A DNA stretch of 59,087 nucleotides, the filler included, from Sphacelaria rigidula (taxonomy: Eukaryota), in NCBI GenBank assembly GCA_964200075.2. It is 6 parts of 6 records of this genome, joined end to end, with 100 filler letters (N's around TTAATTAATTAA, not from the genome) between each part and the next. Parts side by side here need not be neighbours in the genome. Positions count along the whole stretch, not along the records: positions 19,731 to 29,495 come from CAXNAA020007813.1; positions 29,596 to 39,360 come from CAXNAA020007814.1; 4 more parts are not named here. One strand, given 5' to 3'. Below the pieces are notes generated by a model. It had not been told where the DNA came from. It saw only the letters and a program-made list of their open reading frames with translations, and ran no database searches. Position 1 is the first letter of the stretch, and every line of letters begins with the position of its first letter. The position numbers and the translations under genes are program-made. Shown here in pieces: positions 23,201-35,390 of this stretch.

Positions 23201-25329
23201 AGCTATTCATTTTCCTATGATTTTCCACTTTTTCCGGTATTCCTATGGTCTGTGTTCTAACGATGAACCGCAACTGGTTCTACCGCTAATCTCGAGTATG
23301 TATGTTCGGAATTATTACTTCTTGAATTCCAACACATTCCTCCTACGGTACCCAGCACCAGGCATGAAGACTAACTGCGCTCGTCGGTAGCTCCTGCAAC
23401 TTTACACGAAGTCTGCCATGCAAGTTTGTTTCGTTTTCCTTGAGCCAAACTCGTTTATCGAGGCCAGCTTGGCCTTACAAAGATAGGATGGCACCTCGGT
23501 CATGTTGCACCGTTCGGCTGCGCAAGGCATCGTGCTGCAGCTAAATAGTGAAGCAGTGAGCTGCTTTTCGACTACCGTACTGCTGTGCAGTATGATGAGA
23601 TACTGCTGCACTGGTTGTCAACAATGGGCTTCATGAGCGGGGGAATGATGGGTAGGTGCGGTTTAAGAGAAATGGGGTTTGGTTTTAGAGATTGGTGTGC
23701 CAAGCCATTTTGACCTCTATTCAAGCAGCATCTCTCTACAACATATCTCTCTCGAACCGTGGCGCCCACTGTATATCGATGGTTAGGGTTAGGGTTAGTG
23801 CCCAGTCCTTGCAATATTTGTGCACAGGCGGAGCTATTGTGATGCTGGTATCACACTTTGCTTGGCAGTGTGCGGCCCTCATAACCACCAAGCCAGGAGG
23901 TGATGTTTTAATCAGGTACCCCATGTTCCACCCCATGTACCCTATAGAGGATTTTCCAAACGTCACCCTCAGTTCCGTCCGTTTCAAAATCCCCACACTA
24001 GAGGATCTTGGGTATTCGCGATCCTCAAGAGGGTTTGTCATGTTGGGGCCCTCGAAGGTCTGTCAATATTGAAGTCCCCTGGATTGTTTTCGAAGGCACA
24101 AGTGCTACGGAAATCTGGAATTTGGACAGCCTCCGCTGTTCGAAATAAATACACACTCGTAGATGGAATTTGTACACCAGAAGCTGTTCGAAATAAACCC
24201 TCATTTTGCCCGCCGATGTCTGAAATTGGGGAGAAAAAAACTTATTTGCGAGCAGCTTTTGTTGTTCAAGTCCTACATACTGCACCATATCAGCGGATGA
24301 GATTCGAGATGCAGCAGAAATTGTTGAAAACTCATCCTCTCGCCCCCCAATTCATATATCAATAGGGCAAGGGGATATAATTCTTCAACAGCCTCGGCTG
24401 TATACAAAGCCAATACACTGATTGCAAGTGTGTCCACACGGCTGTGCTCCGAAGCATCAAGCTTTAGCTGCAGCTGTGGTGGTGCGGGATTGCCGGTATA
24501 TACCTCGCAAATGTATCTACATAGCTCATCAAAACCCCGTGGTCCCATATCGACCGAAACAACACACGAAATAGTTTTTAGATAAGAAACGCGAAAAAAT
24601 CTCATCGCGGTTTATACCGTACTTTGATGGGAATATATAACCACAACTCTAAACTGTACTGGACTGTACAATATCACGCAGGACAGTGCCGTATCGTGCT
24701 TATACGTGCGGTGCCGTACACTGCAGAGTTAGCGCGGCGTATACGCTACGTATGGCTACACAGTTGTGGATGCCTGCAGCTTATTATGATATATGGGGGT
24801 GTGATATACCGTCAGGAACTGCAGTTCGCACGCGCGTTCTTGTAGCAAATGCGCACAGCTGCAGCACAGTAAGAAGGGCGTGAAAGGGAAGCGGGGAAAG
24901 TTCGGCACAGACAGCGCAGGACTATATAATTTCTCCACCTACAGTGCGACGTGAAAAGGACTTGAACAACGTGCAGCTTTGTACGGCCTGCACTGTCCAT
25001 GATGAGTGCGTACGCAATAAGCCGGTTATTCCCCACCATATACCCCGCGTTGTTCCGTCGCCGCGCGATGCCGCGACCATGGAAGAAGATCCTCAAGTTT
25101 CCACCAACAAGAAATAAATCATACCCAACCATGGCAGGGTGTACCTATATCCCTGTGTCCAACTCGTGCTCTTCGCTGCAGGGTTGTGGTGGTAGCTGGG
25201 AATAAGTGTTGTGGGGTTTGCATGGTTCGATCTGTGAACGGCGGGTGATATTTATCTTTGGGTGATGTTCTATGCTAAACAAGATTTCTGGGGCCCCAAA
25301 GGTGCCCTGAAGGCAGTCAGGACACAAAT

Positions 25330-25552
25330 GTCGTCCAGAGGTTTGATGTAGTGAAGACTCCAGAGGTAAATTTACACCCTGGAGACTAATTATTCCCCAA
25401 GTTTGCCCAGAGGCACCCTCAGTAAAGTTATGTGCTCGAGGGAATCGTGTGCCCTCCAGAGGATCCGTTCTATGACCGGAACTGGGGATGAAAATACCCT
25501 CTAGAGGGTATTTGTGTCCTCCGGAGGGTCACTTTACCGTCGAGAGGGTGAA
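25330..25552. repeat. Degenerate short-period repeat of CCCTC(C/T)AGAGGG-like palindromes
   Basis: Recurring CCAGAGG, CTCGAGGG, CCCTCCAGAGG, CCCTCTAGAGGG and CCTCCGGAGGG. Confidence 0.55.
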
Positions 25553-27302
25553 AATCGCGAAAGAGGATTTTCAAACACGAGTCGAATGGCCTCGTGTGTG
25601 TTAGGTGTCGCTCCAGTTGAATCTGGCACGGGCGACGTGTAAAATATCAGCTGATGCGTAGGGGTCAGTTGAGTCGGGTCACTCACCATACATCCTACAG
25701 ACGGCAAGCACACAACACCCAGCAGGCCGAAGCTATCGCAGGTTTCGCGGTACCGTCCACCATTTGCAAGTTGATTGATTGGTCGATTGTCGTCCATCTA
25801 CTGATCCTGAAGGTAGTCATGATCCAGCCGTAGTCATGATCCACAAGATATACGTACCCAAGGTGGACGTAATCAAAACACTCGCGAAAAACAAACAGAA
25901 ATCGCCAAAAAAGAGAAGACACAAAAAACAAACGGAGTAAACCGCTAAACAAAAAAACAAATAGAGCGAACAGAACCTCAAGAACAAGAAGGAACAATGA
26001 ACAGGAACCTAACCAAGGAGAAAAAGGAGAGCAACGGAGAACAAACTAGCGAAAATAATGCTTGAGAATGCCAAAAAAAAATAGAAACGAAATAGAACTA
26101 GATAAGGCCGGCTCCTGCAGCATGACCTCAGGTGAAAATATGGATTTCTTGAATATTTACATCTATTCTAACAGCACTACGGGAGACAAAATCGGCCGTT
26201 TCATACCGTTGGCCTATCACGCTGGAGAGCAAGAGCACGGTCTCTGGAAAGCTGAGCGCCGACCCCAGGCGCATGGAGTCGACGTTCTTCTCCGATATCG
26301 TTGATCCGAACTTCTGACAGGGCATCATCACTGCCATCATAGCATGCTCTTCTGGGGACTCCGGCGCCATGCCCGCGTCATACGGATACAGCACTCCTCA
26401 CACCCCGCACTGCTGCACCCTCTGCGCCCGCGTCTCTTCCAGGGAGCCACGGCCCCACGCCATTTGGCATGTCATCCAGATTATACCAAGTCCGAGGCGA
26501 TAACCGGGTCTGACACAAACCGCCGTAAGATCACGTCGGCCCATGCTGTGTCGAAGGAGTTGAACAGGAGTAGGAACGGAAAGCATTGTTGCCTGATTGA
26601 TCGATTGTCGCGCTTTGACTAATCCCCCAGGGATCCACCCGTGGTCACGTGATGGACGTACCCGAGATGAAACAAAGCTAAAACACTCGTTGAAGCGGAG
26701 AACAAAACAGAGAAGGTAGAACAAACCTGACAGAGTAAACTACGAGAAGGGAATATAAAATGGAACAAAGTAGCCAGCAGAAAAAAGAAGAAAGAATGGA
26801 ATCGCTGTCACATGGTTTCGGTAGAAAACGTCTTGCGCATAAACAGCTTGAGTCCCTCGCAGACGTCACAGACGGAGCCATCTGATACAGAGCGCGACAT
26901 ATGTTAAGAAACTCTTATCTTGAGCGAGGCTCGGGGTCTTGTGTTTTCTCCGATTCCAGCAGAACGCCTAAATCCAATTTTTTATTGTTCGAAGAGGTGT
27001 AAAATGCTAAATTCTTAATTTTGATATTCTCATTTTGCACAGGCATCCGATACAGCACTATTTTTCCCCCTCAGCGATTGTCAAGAATCATGTTTGGCTC
27101 ATTGCATGTATCACTCATACTACTTATTTCACTAGGTTTTCGTGTATAACGAAGCTCTTCAGGACTGCAGGGATGGAAGTTCATGTTGCCCACCTCCGAC
27201 GACTACAAGACAGACGTAGCACTGTACTCCTGTAGCCAGAACAGCCACTCGATCGACATGGTCTGTGTTACGCACATTGGGCGTTGATATCACACAGCCC
27301 AC

Positions 27303-27650
27303 CCAATAGAACTCATGTAGTGGCAGGGTGTGAATTATACAAGAAGGAACAGGACGTCTTAGAGGGGAGAATGTGGGAAGTAGACGAAGGTGACGTAAAA
27401 CCGTTCTGTGCATTATTAATAGTCAGTAGCAGGGAAACGAACACTATTCTACGAGATAAATGGTGGCCACAGGCGGCGAAACAGGAAGGGGATGAGATAT
27501 TTAAACGGTTTTGTGTAATGTATGGAAGAAATTTGATGATACCCCGAATGTTGGAGGTGTCTCTATCAGGAGGAGGGGTACTCTGTCTCGGAAGGGCTGC
27601 GTGGTCAATGGTCAAATGACTAAGGCAAGCTACAAATGAGTGCACCCTCA
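27303..27650 (+). mobile_element. Zinc-knuckle LINE, 3' fragment
   Basis: RTHVVAGCELYKKEQDVLEG...ILRDKWWPQAAKQEGD is homologous to 38280-38470. Ends GGTCAATGGTCAAATGACTAAGGCAAGCTACAAATGAGTGCACCC. Confidence 0.8.
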
Positions 27651-28989
27651 CGACCCGCCCCAACATGGATAAATGGGCATGATCGTCGTGACCAGGGCCT
27701 ACCACTGCACTTGGGGATGGGGCGGTTTTACTGTCCTTGCAGTAATTCCAACAAGCCGTTTCTGTCGGACGTTTTACTTTTTTGTAGGACCGGTGATTGT
27801 TTCTCGGTATCTATCCAAGCATTGCTACTCTAAATGATGACGTCACGGCGCTTTCTTCGGGGGGTGGGGTTATACACATTCCCGTGAGGATGGGATGGGG
27901 CAGGGCGGGACGGGACCCCGTCTCGCCGTTCTTGTGGCGACTGGAAAGCGATTCTGTTTCATCCCGTTTCTTTTCGGTGGTGGGGAATTGGTCCCGTCCT
28001 GTCCCGTGACCTTGGAGGGGACGGGGATTCCTGCTCGGAAGTGCTGTGACAATTCCTGGTGAGAACATGCGTATACGAAGTCCGGGACGAAAGTACGGCT
28101 TGCAGCTGTCTGTATTACATGGTATACAAACTCATTTATACTCCGCACCCCTCCCGTGGCCGATTGTTCGTGTGGGATACTCCTGCACACACTTCGCACT
28201 CTGTGCGGACTCCTAAGGTGACTCCTTGTGCGCGTGGCATGCCCCCCCACCCCCCCCACATACTTCCCTTGGAACTTGGAACAGGGCTTAGTTGCGGAGC
28301 TGAAGGTGGTGGAGAATGAAGTCAACCGTCTGCAATTGGAGAATCGATGCATGGACCGTGTTTTGAAGAACAAGCCCAGGGGTGTTTAGTATAGTTTGGT
28401 TTGACACATTGTGGCCCGTTTGTTTCAGATTTGCTAGACTTTTTGTTCGAAATTCGTTTCGTGTTCACGTCAAGGGCGGATCTGGAACTCGTTTCAGCGC
28501 ATGCCGTCAGTGGTGAAAGTTCCGTTGGGTCGGTGGCGTGTATGGCGTCTACGCCAGATTTACGGGATCGCTGTGGTTGGGTGCGTGAATCGCCGTCTCA
28601 AGTTCTTCTATTGTTATATCTGTGAAAATCTTCGAATATATTCGAAAAAAAAAATGACGTGATCTCTGGTATGTGCATAATTTCGAATGTGTCATGTCTG
28701 GGGCAAACTCTCACATGACCATCTTGAACCGGGCCGCAGAATTGAAGCTCTTGCGTGACTGTCTCAGAAGCGGGCAAAAGTCTCGCATAGTCATTTCCAG
28801 TGTGTACCTGGGTACCAGGTTGCGGTGAGTGGGAATCATGGTCACACACACTTATTGATGGCTGAGGACTAGGGATACAACTGAGGCTCCAGAATCGGGC
28901 TGACATGTTACATCAATATATATATATATATATATGTGTGTGTGGAAATGTGATTGCTTGACAGGCATTTGTAGGAATTTATTGTCCCT

Positions 28990-29290
28990 TTCATGTGGTG
29001 GTTCCCACATCACGCCCCCCTTTCATGAACCCCTTGGAGGTTTTCGCAGAAGTAACCTTTCACGTCGGCTAGCGGTTCGAATCTGGCCTTTTGATGCACA
29101 TGTTCTACGTGTGTTGGATCATCTAACCAACAATCGCTGCAGGAGATTTTCCGTGAGTTTTGAACTGTGCTTCAGAGGGTATCCACCATTTTGTTTTTTG
29201 ACTCCCACCATTTTTATGGTTTGCGGGATTTGAACCTGGGACCTGCTGTTCGTGAAGCGTACGAGCTATCTCACTGGTGTCGCCAGTGTG
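28990..29290 (-). mobile_element. Probable tRNA-derived SINE
   Basis: Minus-strand head ...GATAGCTCGTACGCTTCACGAACAGCAGGTCCCAGGTTCAAATCCCGCA contains a B-box. 3' extent uncertain. Confidence 0.5.
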
Positions 29291-29393
29291 AAACGGTGAT
29301 CCCTTGATGAATGAACACTTGTGGGAATTTGTCCCTTATATGTGGTGCTTCCCACATAAAAATATATCAGGATATCACCCGGTATATCGGATC

Positions 29394-29434
<41 letters not shown>

Positions 29435-29495
29435 ACCCCCCTGCCGCCCCCCACCCACGCGGAACACCCCCACCCCCAGGCCCCCACCCCCCCCC

Positions 29496-29595
29496 NNNNN
29501 NNNNNNNNNNNNNNNNNNNNNNNNNNNNNNNNNNNNNNNTTAATTAATTAANNNNNNNNNNNNNNNNNNNNNNNNNNNNNNNNNNNNNNNNNNNN
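29496..29595. other. Artificial contig spacer
   Basis: N44-TTAATTAATTAA-N44. Confidence 0.98.
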
Positions 29596-29662
29596 TTGTA
29601 GGGATGCGAGGTCAATGGTCTGATGACTATGGCATGCATGATCATGAGTACACCCCCCCCCC
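29596..29662 (+). mobile_element. C-tailed SINE-like retroposon, 3' end
   Basis: GGTCAATGGTCTGATGACTATGGCATGCATGATCATGAGTACA followed by a C run. Confidence 0.8.
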
Positions 29663-29937
29663 TAACGAAGGTGGCGTGAAATTGTTCGGTACATCAGGCA
29701 GTGGTAAGTAAACGGTCGCTATACTAGGAGATAGATGATGGCCACAGACGGCGAAACAGGAAGGCGATATGATATGTCAAAGGTATTGTGTAATGTATGG
29801 AGGAAGGTTTTATGAGCGCCGAAATGTTGGAGGTGTCTCCACAAGGAGTAGAAACGGTGCTCCGTTTCGGAAGGGGTGCTTGGTCAATGATCAAACGACT
29901 AAGGCAAGCACAAATGAGTACGCCCCCCCCCCCCCCC
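29663..29937 (+). mobile_element. Zinc-knuckle LINE 3' fragment abutting the SINE C-tail
   Basis: ILGDR*WPQTAKQEGDMIC... ending GGTCAATGATCAAACGACTAAGGCAAGCACAAATGAGTACG plus a C run. Confidence 0.8.
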
Positions 29938-30204
29938 GCCCGCCTCGGGCTCCGCTCCCGCACACACGCCCGGCGCCCCGCCAACAACCCAACGGGGCGA
30001 CCAAAAAGCANNNNNNNNNNAAGGGGGGAGAACGGGGCCCCGTTTCGGGAGGGGGGCTTGGTCAAAAGTCAAACGCCGAAGGCAGGCAACAAGGGGGTCC
30101 CCCCCCCCCCCCCCGGGCGCGCTTGTGCTCCGTCTCGAAAGAGATGCGTGGTCAACGGCCAAACGACTAAGGCGAGCAACAAATGAGTACGCCCCCTTTC
30201 CCCT

Positions 30205-30330
30205 CCACGCGCTTGGCGTTGATTGCGAGCCTAGTCCGGCGAAAATCTGGCGAGCTACGTCTCGGCTTTGTAAGGATACGAGGTCAATAGTCATATGGCG
30301 AAAGCGTGCAAGATCATGAGTGCACTCCCG
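30205..30330 (+). mobile_element. C-tailed SINE-like retroposon, 3' fragment
   Basis: GCGCTTGGCGTTGATTGCGAGCCTAGTCCGGCGAAAA...GATCATGAGTGCACTCCC. Confidence 0.75.
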
Positions 30331-30490
30331 CCCACGCCGAACAACGTGTTAATAGTACTAAAACAGCAGCCCCGCTCTGCCCGAAGTGTCCACAGAACTG
30401 TCAGCCGGCGAAAATATTAATAGTGACAGGCCTATACCTATGGTGCTAAGGTTTAGTACAAGTAGGAAACATATATACTTCGGGTATATA

Positions 30491-31092
30491 CTTCCTCTGT
30501 GTCATAAGTAGAGTCCGTTATGATTACACGGGCCCTTAAGGGTGTGATATTCGATTTTCGATCTTTTCATTGCATTCGTAGGCGTTTTTTGAGCTAAACC
30601 CAATATTTTTTCTACAACGTGGGTGATTGACCCATGCAGCCGCGCGGCCGAGGAAAAGCAGGTCGGTCCAAAAACGGTCATTTTTCGCTCGTTTTCCCAG
30701 GAAAGCATGAGAGACCCGGGAACACGAAAAATCGCGAAAAATGGGCCATAAAATGTGAAAATCGCAAACCACCACTGATTTTGGACATGTCCGTGATTTT
30801 AACCTACGCACGCCCCATCCAACATTTTGTTAGCATGTAATTGCTAGTACTCGATATGAAAACGTTCAAAATCGGCCAACGATGGGGTTTGAATGGATCA
30901 AAATGGGTCAAAATGGGGGATATTTCGACATAATTTTAGTGATGGAAAGTTTTTTTTTTCGTTTTTTATTTCTTCACCAGCTTCGTCTGCGCTTTACCTC
31001 TCTAACGAATCCGACCATAGGATGATCGTCAACGTTGAAATACCCAAACGATTAAACGCTCATGACGGACTTTACTTATGGCACAGAGGAAG
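30491..31092. mobile_element. Tc1/mariner-type MITE (602 bp)
   Basis: TIRs CTTCCTCTGTGTCATAAGTAGAGTCC / GGACTTTACTTATGGCACAGAGGAAG with TA TSD. Inverted homolog at 56350-57083. Confidence 0.88.
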
Positions 31093-31378
31093 TATATGTA
31101 CATGTGTGTATCTGTAGTACCGAATAGGCAATGCCTTCAGGCTTCCTAACAATTATGTTTCTATGGTTGCACACGTAACCTGAACGGCGCTAATCGATAC
31201 GGATTCGTTCTGAGGAAGGAGGGGAAGATGTGAATGCACGACAAGAAAAATAAGTGTGGACGGTAAAACCCAGCGGTCCCCGTTCTAGTACGGACGCCAG
31301 CATTCGTTCGCTGGCATCAATAACTATCTCGATGGTTATTTATCAGTTGATGATGCATTTATATATTTTACGAATCAG

Positions 31379-31528
31379 GTGGTGAACACAGCGCTGCCTG
31401 TTTCCGGGGAGGACGGAAGCCTGATGGTAAACAATGACATCGCCATCGATACACAAGCCCCGTACGTGACCAGCGTGCTGTCGCTAAGGGAAGGCGTCTA
31501 TACCATGGGCGAGACAGTGGATCTCCAG
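31379..31528 (+). CDS. Bacterial-type Ig-like repeat protein, exon A
   Basis: CAG/GT boundaries, phase 0. IDTQAPYVTSVLSLREGVYTMGETVDLQ matches the 'IDT.AP.V.SV.....G.Y..G..V.I' pattern of adhesin Ig-like repeats. Confidence 0.75.
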
Positions 31529-31550
31529 GTGAAACTTCGAACCTTTGGTC

Positions 31551-31921
31551 GATTCAGGGTCTAGGATCCTGTGTTTTCTCCATCCGGTTGTATTTTCGTG
31601 ATGAAGCAGTACTGATGAACGCTACCGATGGGATTGGGAGACGCAGATCCGAAAGCATCATGAGGAGTGTGGGTCTAATGCTGTGTGCTGAACAAGAAAG
31701 GCACTCACGTCTGAGTTTCATGACCCCAAAAAACAGAGAAAAAAAATAGAACGACACATAAAACGCCGTAAAACCTTGATTCAGGGTTTAGGATTCTGTA
31801 TCTTTTAATCCGGTCGTATTTTCTTGACGCAGCAGTAGTGATGAACAAACACTACGGATTGGGTTTGGAGACGCGGATCCGAAAGCATCATGTGGAGGGT
31901 GGGCAGAACAAAGACACTCAC
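31551..31921. repeat. Diverged tandem duplication (~227-bp period)
   Basis: GATTCAGGGT.TAGGAT.CTGT...ATCCGGT.GTATTTTC...GGAGACGC.GATCCGAAAGCATCATG begins at both 31551 and 31778. Confidence 0.75.
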
Positions 31922-33223
31922 TTTTAGCTGTAAGTGGTGGGCAGGGTTCTATTGTCTCATCCTGTTTACTGTTACTGTTACGACTAGCGAACCGGGGATC
32001 CACATGTTTAGAGCATGGCACCTTGTGCCTACCTTGTATCACCATGCTGTGTTTGTGGCACTCCCACTCGCCTGTCGACATAGAAATCGACGACAGTAAA
32101 CATTTTCTTCTCCAGGGTGTGCTCTCTTTTCCAACGGCAGTTTCTGCCGCGTACTAGCGATTTTTCCAATACCTGAGTTGGCAAGTTGATTCTGAGGGCG
32201 ACGAACCACCGACGTCACCGATGCGTAGTATATTGACGAAACTCGCAGACCACGGGGACGTACGGTGAAATGACATGTTCCGCGTGCGACCTCAATATTA
32301 CCGGGAGAACGAGGATAAGATGCACACACAGTTTCGGAAAATGACTACAACAAGCGCAGAAGCGTGTTGATGTTTTTGGAAGAGCGCTATATTTCCATGT
32401 ACAAAATCTCCAGGATGTCCTCTCCAAGTGACACGTGACTCTCGCGTTCGAAGAATTGGGGAAGTAGCTCCCGTAGCTGAGAGAGAAGGAGGACGACGGC
32501 GGTCTGCCGTATCTCGGGGGGCGTTGTACTTTGAACTAATACGAGTCTGCTCGAGAAATGAAAAAGAGTAAATTCCACCACGAAATGAACATCCGCGTTT
32601 AATAATTCAGCAATAGGTGGTTTTCGCGTGCTTAGCTGGTTCAGATGATAAGTGATGAATACAACTCCAGAAGATTTTTTTCATCTGCATAAGTAACTCT
32701 GTGAAACCGAAGAGATGATGACACTCGTGTCTTCCGCTTTGAAATTCTTACTGATTTATACCATACCTTTGTTACCCATAAATCAATCTATTCTGAAAGC
32801 GATCGTTGCTTTGAGCACGATGGGCCGACGATATTCCCGAGAGCAGATGAAAGCACGTCCTCTCCCTGATCGGCAGCGTGGAAGAATAAAGTAGGACGGA
32901 GGTGGGGAGAACGAACAACCAGAACCCTTGTCACTCTCTTTTCGCGCATGCTTTTGTTTGTGTTTACATTCCGTGTGTTCAGCAGCCTGTGACCAGGGGT
33001 CTGAGAATTCCATCTAAGGTGTGACTTATACTCATGATAGAAAACAAGAGAATAGAAGAGAATGATAACATAGTGATTGTCTTGAAAAGTGCAATGATGG
33101 TCACAAACATGATCCAAGTGCTATCCCTTTCTAGGAGCAAGAAAAAACGACAGGCCCTGGTCGTTCTATCTATAACCCTAATCCGCTCATCCTCCCGCGC
33201 TCGCCAAACTGTACATGATGCAG

Positions 33224-33348
33224 GTGATCTACAACAAGCCTGTGAATGTCAGCGGTACCCCCCGCCTCGCGTTCCTGTTGGATTCATCGAACGACACGTC
33301 TGACACCACGTTTTACGCCTACTACGACTATTCGTTCCACCTTGGAAG
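33224..33348 (+). CDS. Bacterial-type Ig-like repeat protein, exon B
   Basis: CAG/GT boundaries. VIYNKPVNVSGTPRLAF continues the repeat (V.F..PV.V.GTP.L.L). Ends phase 2. Confidence 0.75.
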
Positions 33349-35040
33349 GTGCGCTATGTTAACAAGAAATGGTACTTCAAGATCGAGCACGACAGTTAGC
33401 CGCCTGCAGTCTGGATAAACGCGATCAGCTGCTATTTGGCTATGGAATTGAGGATATGTGCATTGGATTGTTTTCGCGAGATTAAGGACAATGCGTCAGG
33501 GTTAGGCTGTACATTAACTGTGAAAGGAATCTGGATGAAGAAAAAAAAAAAGATAAATCAGCATCTGTAACATGACTACTGTATGATATGTGTGTATATA
33601 CAGTGGTTTTGCTGACCGAATATGACCATGTAGGACCTAGCTCATACACACTGTTCACATCTGAGGCTGCTTTGTATCTGAACATCATGCCCCACCACAT
33701 TTCATCATTTTCCTTGACGCATATGAAGCAACATGCGAGGCTACAGTGATATTATCATGTTTACGGTGACTCTTTACGAGCCAATTCACCGTGTTTAAGA
33801 AGAGGTCAAGGAGCATATGAACACGTGACGTATTTCAAGTGCTGAGGCTCGTGTAGTCATCCCGCCGACCTGAGAAAACTAAGTCACGAATAAGTAGTAA
33901 CAACACGGACGGCTGATGTGAACGTGCCACATGCCAGACACTCATCTCTGAATCAGTGCCTCTTTGATATGATGTTCAGGGGACACGTTGGTATCTTACC
34001 TTTTTTTCAGCAGTGCGGTTCGTGCAGTGACTCGGTCGACTACAATAAAGAAAATTGAGTCTTCATAACCCAATCCCCTCTGAAGTACGTGTAAGGCTTG
34101 AATACGCAAAGATATCAAGAAACTCATTAACACCAAACGTTTTCCCGAAACACACCTGTAGCAACGAGAGCGTTTAATTCTTCACAAGCGAACCTACTCG
34201 CACTTACCAAGGTTTGGTGGCTCGAGTCCTCCATGCGTACGAATTTGCGGCGCATGTAGTTCTCATTTTTTCCATGATACTGAGCACAAACCACTGGTGA
34301 TGAACCAACCTTCGAGCGGGCGCAACGTTCGTAAAAAAAGGCGCCCAGGATTTGAAGGCCTAAGCATACTACCACCCAAAGGAATGTTCTTGGTTACCCC
34401 GTGCGAGCGGCAAGGCAACACAGTTCATGTGTCAAGGAAGCAGAGAACTCCTCAGTCCTTGAGCAACCGAGGTTGACAGATCTCCAAAATAGGCTATATG
34501 TGTTCGTTAGTTTACACGGAGAATACTATGAGAATCAGCGAATGCGTGCTCATGTCACCGATGTCACTGCTTGATGGCACTGGAGTTTACTCACGGCGAT
34601 TTCAGGCACCGAAGGGGATCGTTTCAGGGGTATGTTTACTCGCCATCAGTATGCAATGCAAACGTCAAAGGCCCACGGGGCATTCGCAACCCAAATATGT
34701 GAGTGACACTACTGCAGTGTCTGTGCTGAACGATAACACCCGTCCCGGAAGAGTACCGTACATACGACGACTGATGAACTGAATGCCGCGATCATTTTAC
34801 GCCTGCTGAGAAGCAAAGCACTTGCAGTTTGTGGCACCGCTCAGCAGACCACGAAGGGGTGTTCAACACCTGCAGTGTAGATGACTATATCCTTCGGGTT
34901 GTGCCCGTATGTTGGCAACTACACATTGTGTACTCTCAATCGGGTACTAACCAGCACCCTTCGAGCTCGTTTAGTACACCCTCGGCCGATGTGATCAATC
35001 TGCCATCGCCCTCTCCCCCTCCCCCCCCCCACCGCCAACC

Positions 35041-35390
35041 GCGCAAAGGGGATGGTCATACTACGTACTGTTGAAATGGTGAGATACTCATGCGGCAGTG
35101 TGAAAACCATGGCTGTCTCCGGAAGTGGCAATACCAGAAAGTGAAGCAACTCATTGGAGGCTGTCATCCATGCGCAAGATCATCCGTCCGCTTCGAGCCG
35201 TAAAAGCTTAGCAGCATGCAGATCACCCTTCATGCGGCATGCCGAACACATCACCCCCCCCCCCCCTCTCCTCGGAGATTGATTACGAACCTGGTCCGAC
35301 GAAAGCCCCGCGTGCTCCGTCCCGGCTTTATCGGGATGCGAGGTCAATGGTCAGATGACTATGGCATGCAAGATCATGAGTACATCCCCC
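35041..35390 (+). mobile_element. C-tailed SINE-like retroposon with TSD
   Basis: Family homology. Flanks CCCCCACCGCCAAC and CCCCCACCACCAAC. Confidence 0.85.

Noticed and set aside
23781-23798. Telomere (TTAGGG)n; similar short tracts near 8551 and 53904
   Set aside because: Only 2-3 units, interstitial and associated with repeats; not a chromosome end.
29610-29650. Hammerhead ribozyme in the SINE (CTGATGA, upstream CGAAA)
   Set aside because: CTGATGA is present in only some copies, and I cannot build stems I-III in any permutation.
29940-30125. Tandem LINE 3' ends
   Set aside because: Error-rich G/C-biased sequence around a 10-N gap; probably a read artefact after poly(C).
34127-34375. 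Copia RT relic (EELNALVATGVF)
   Set aside because: A single weak motif with no other RT or integrase motifs nearby.
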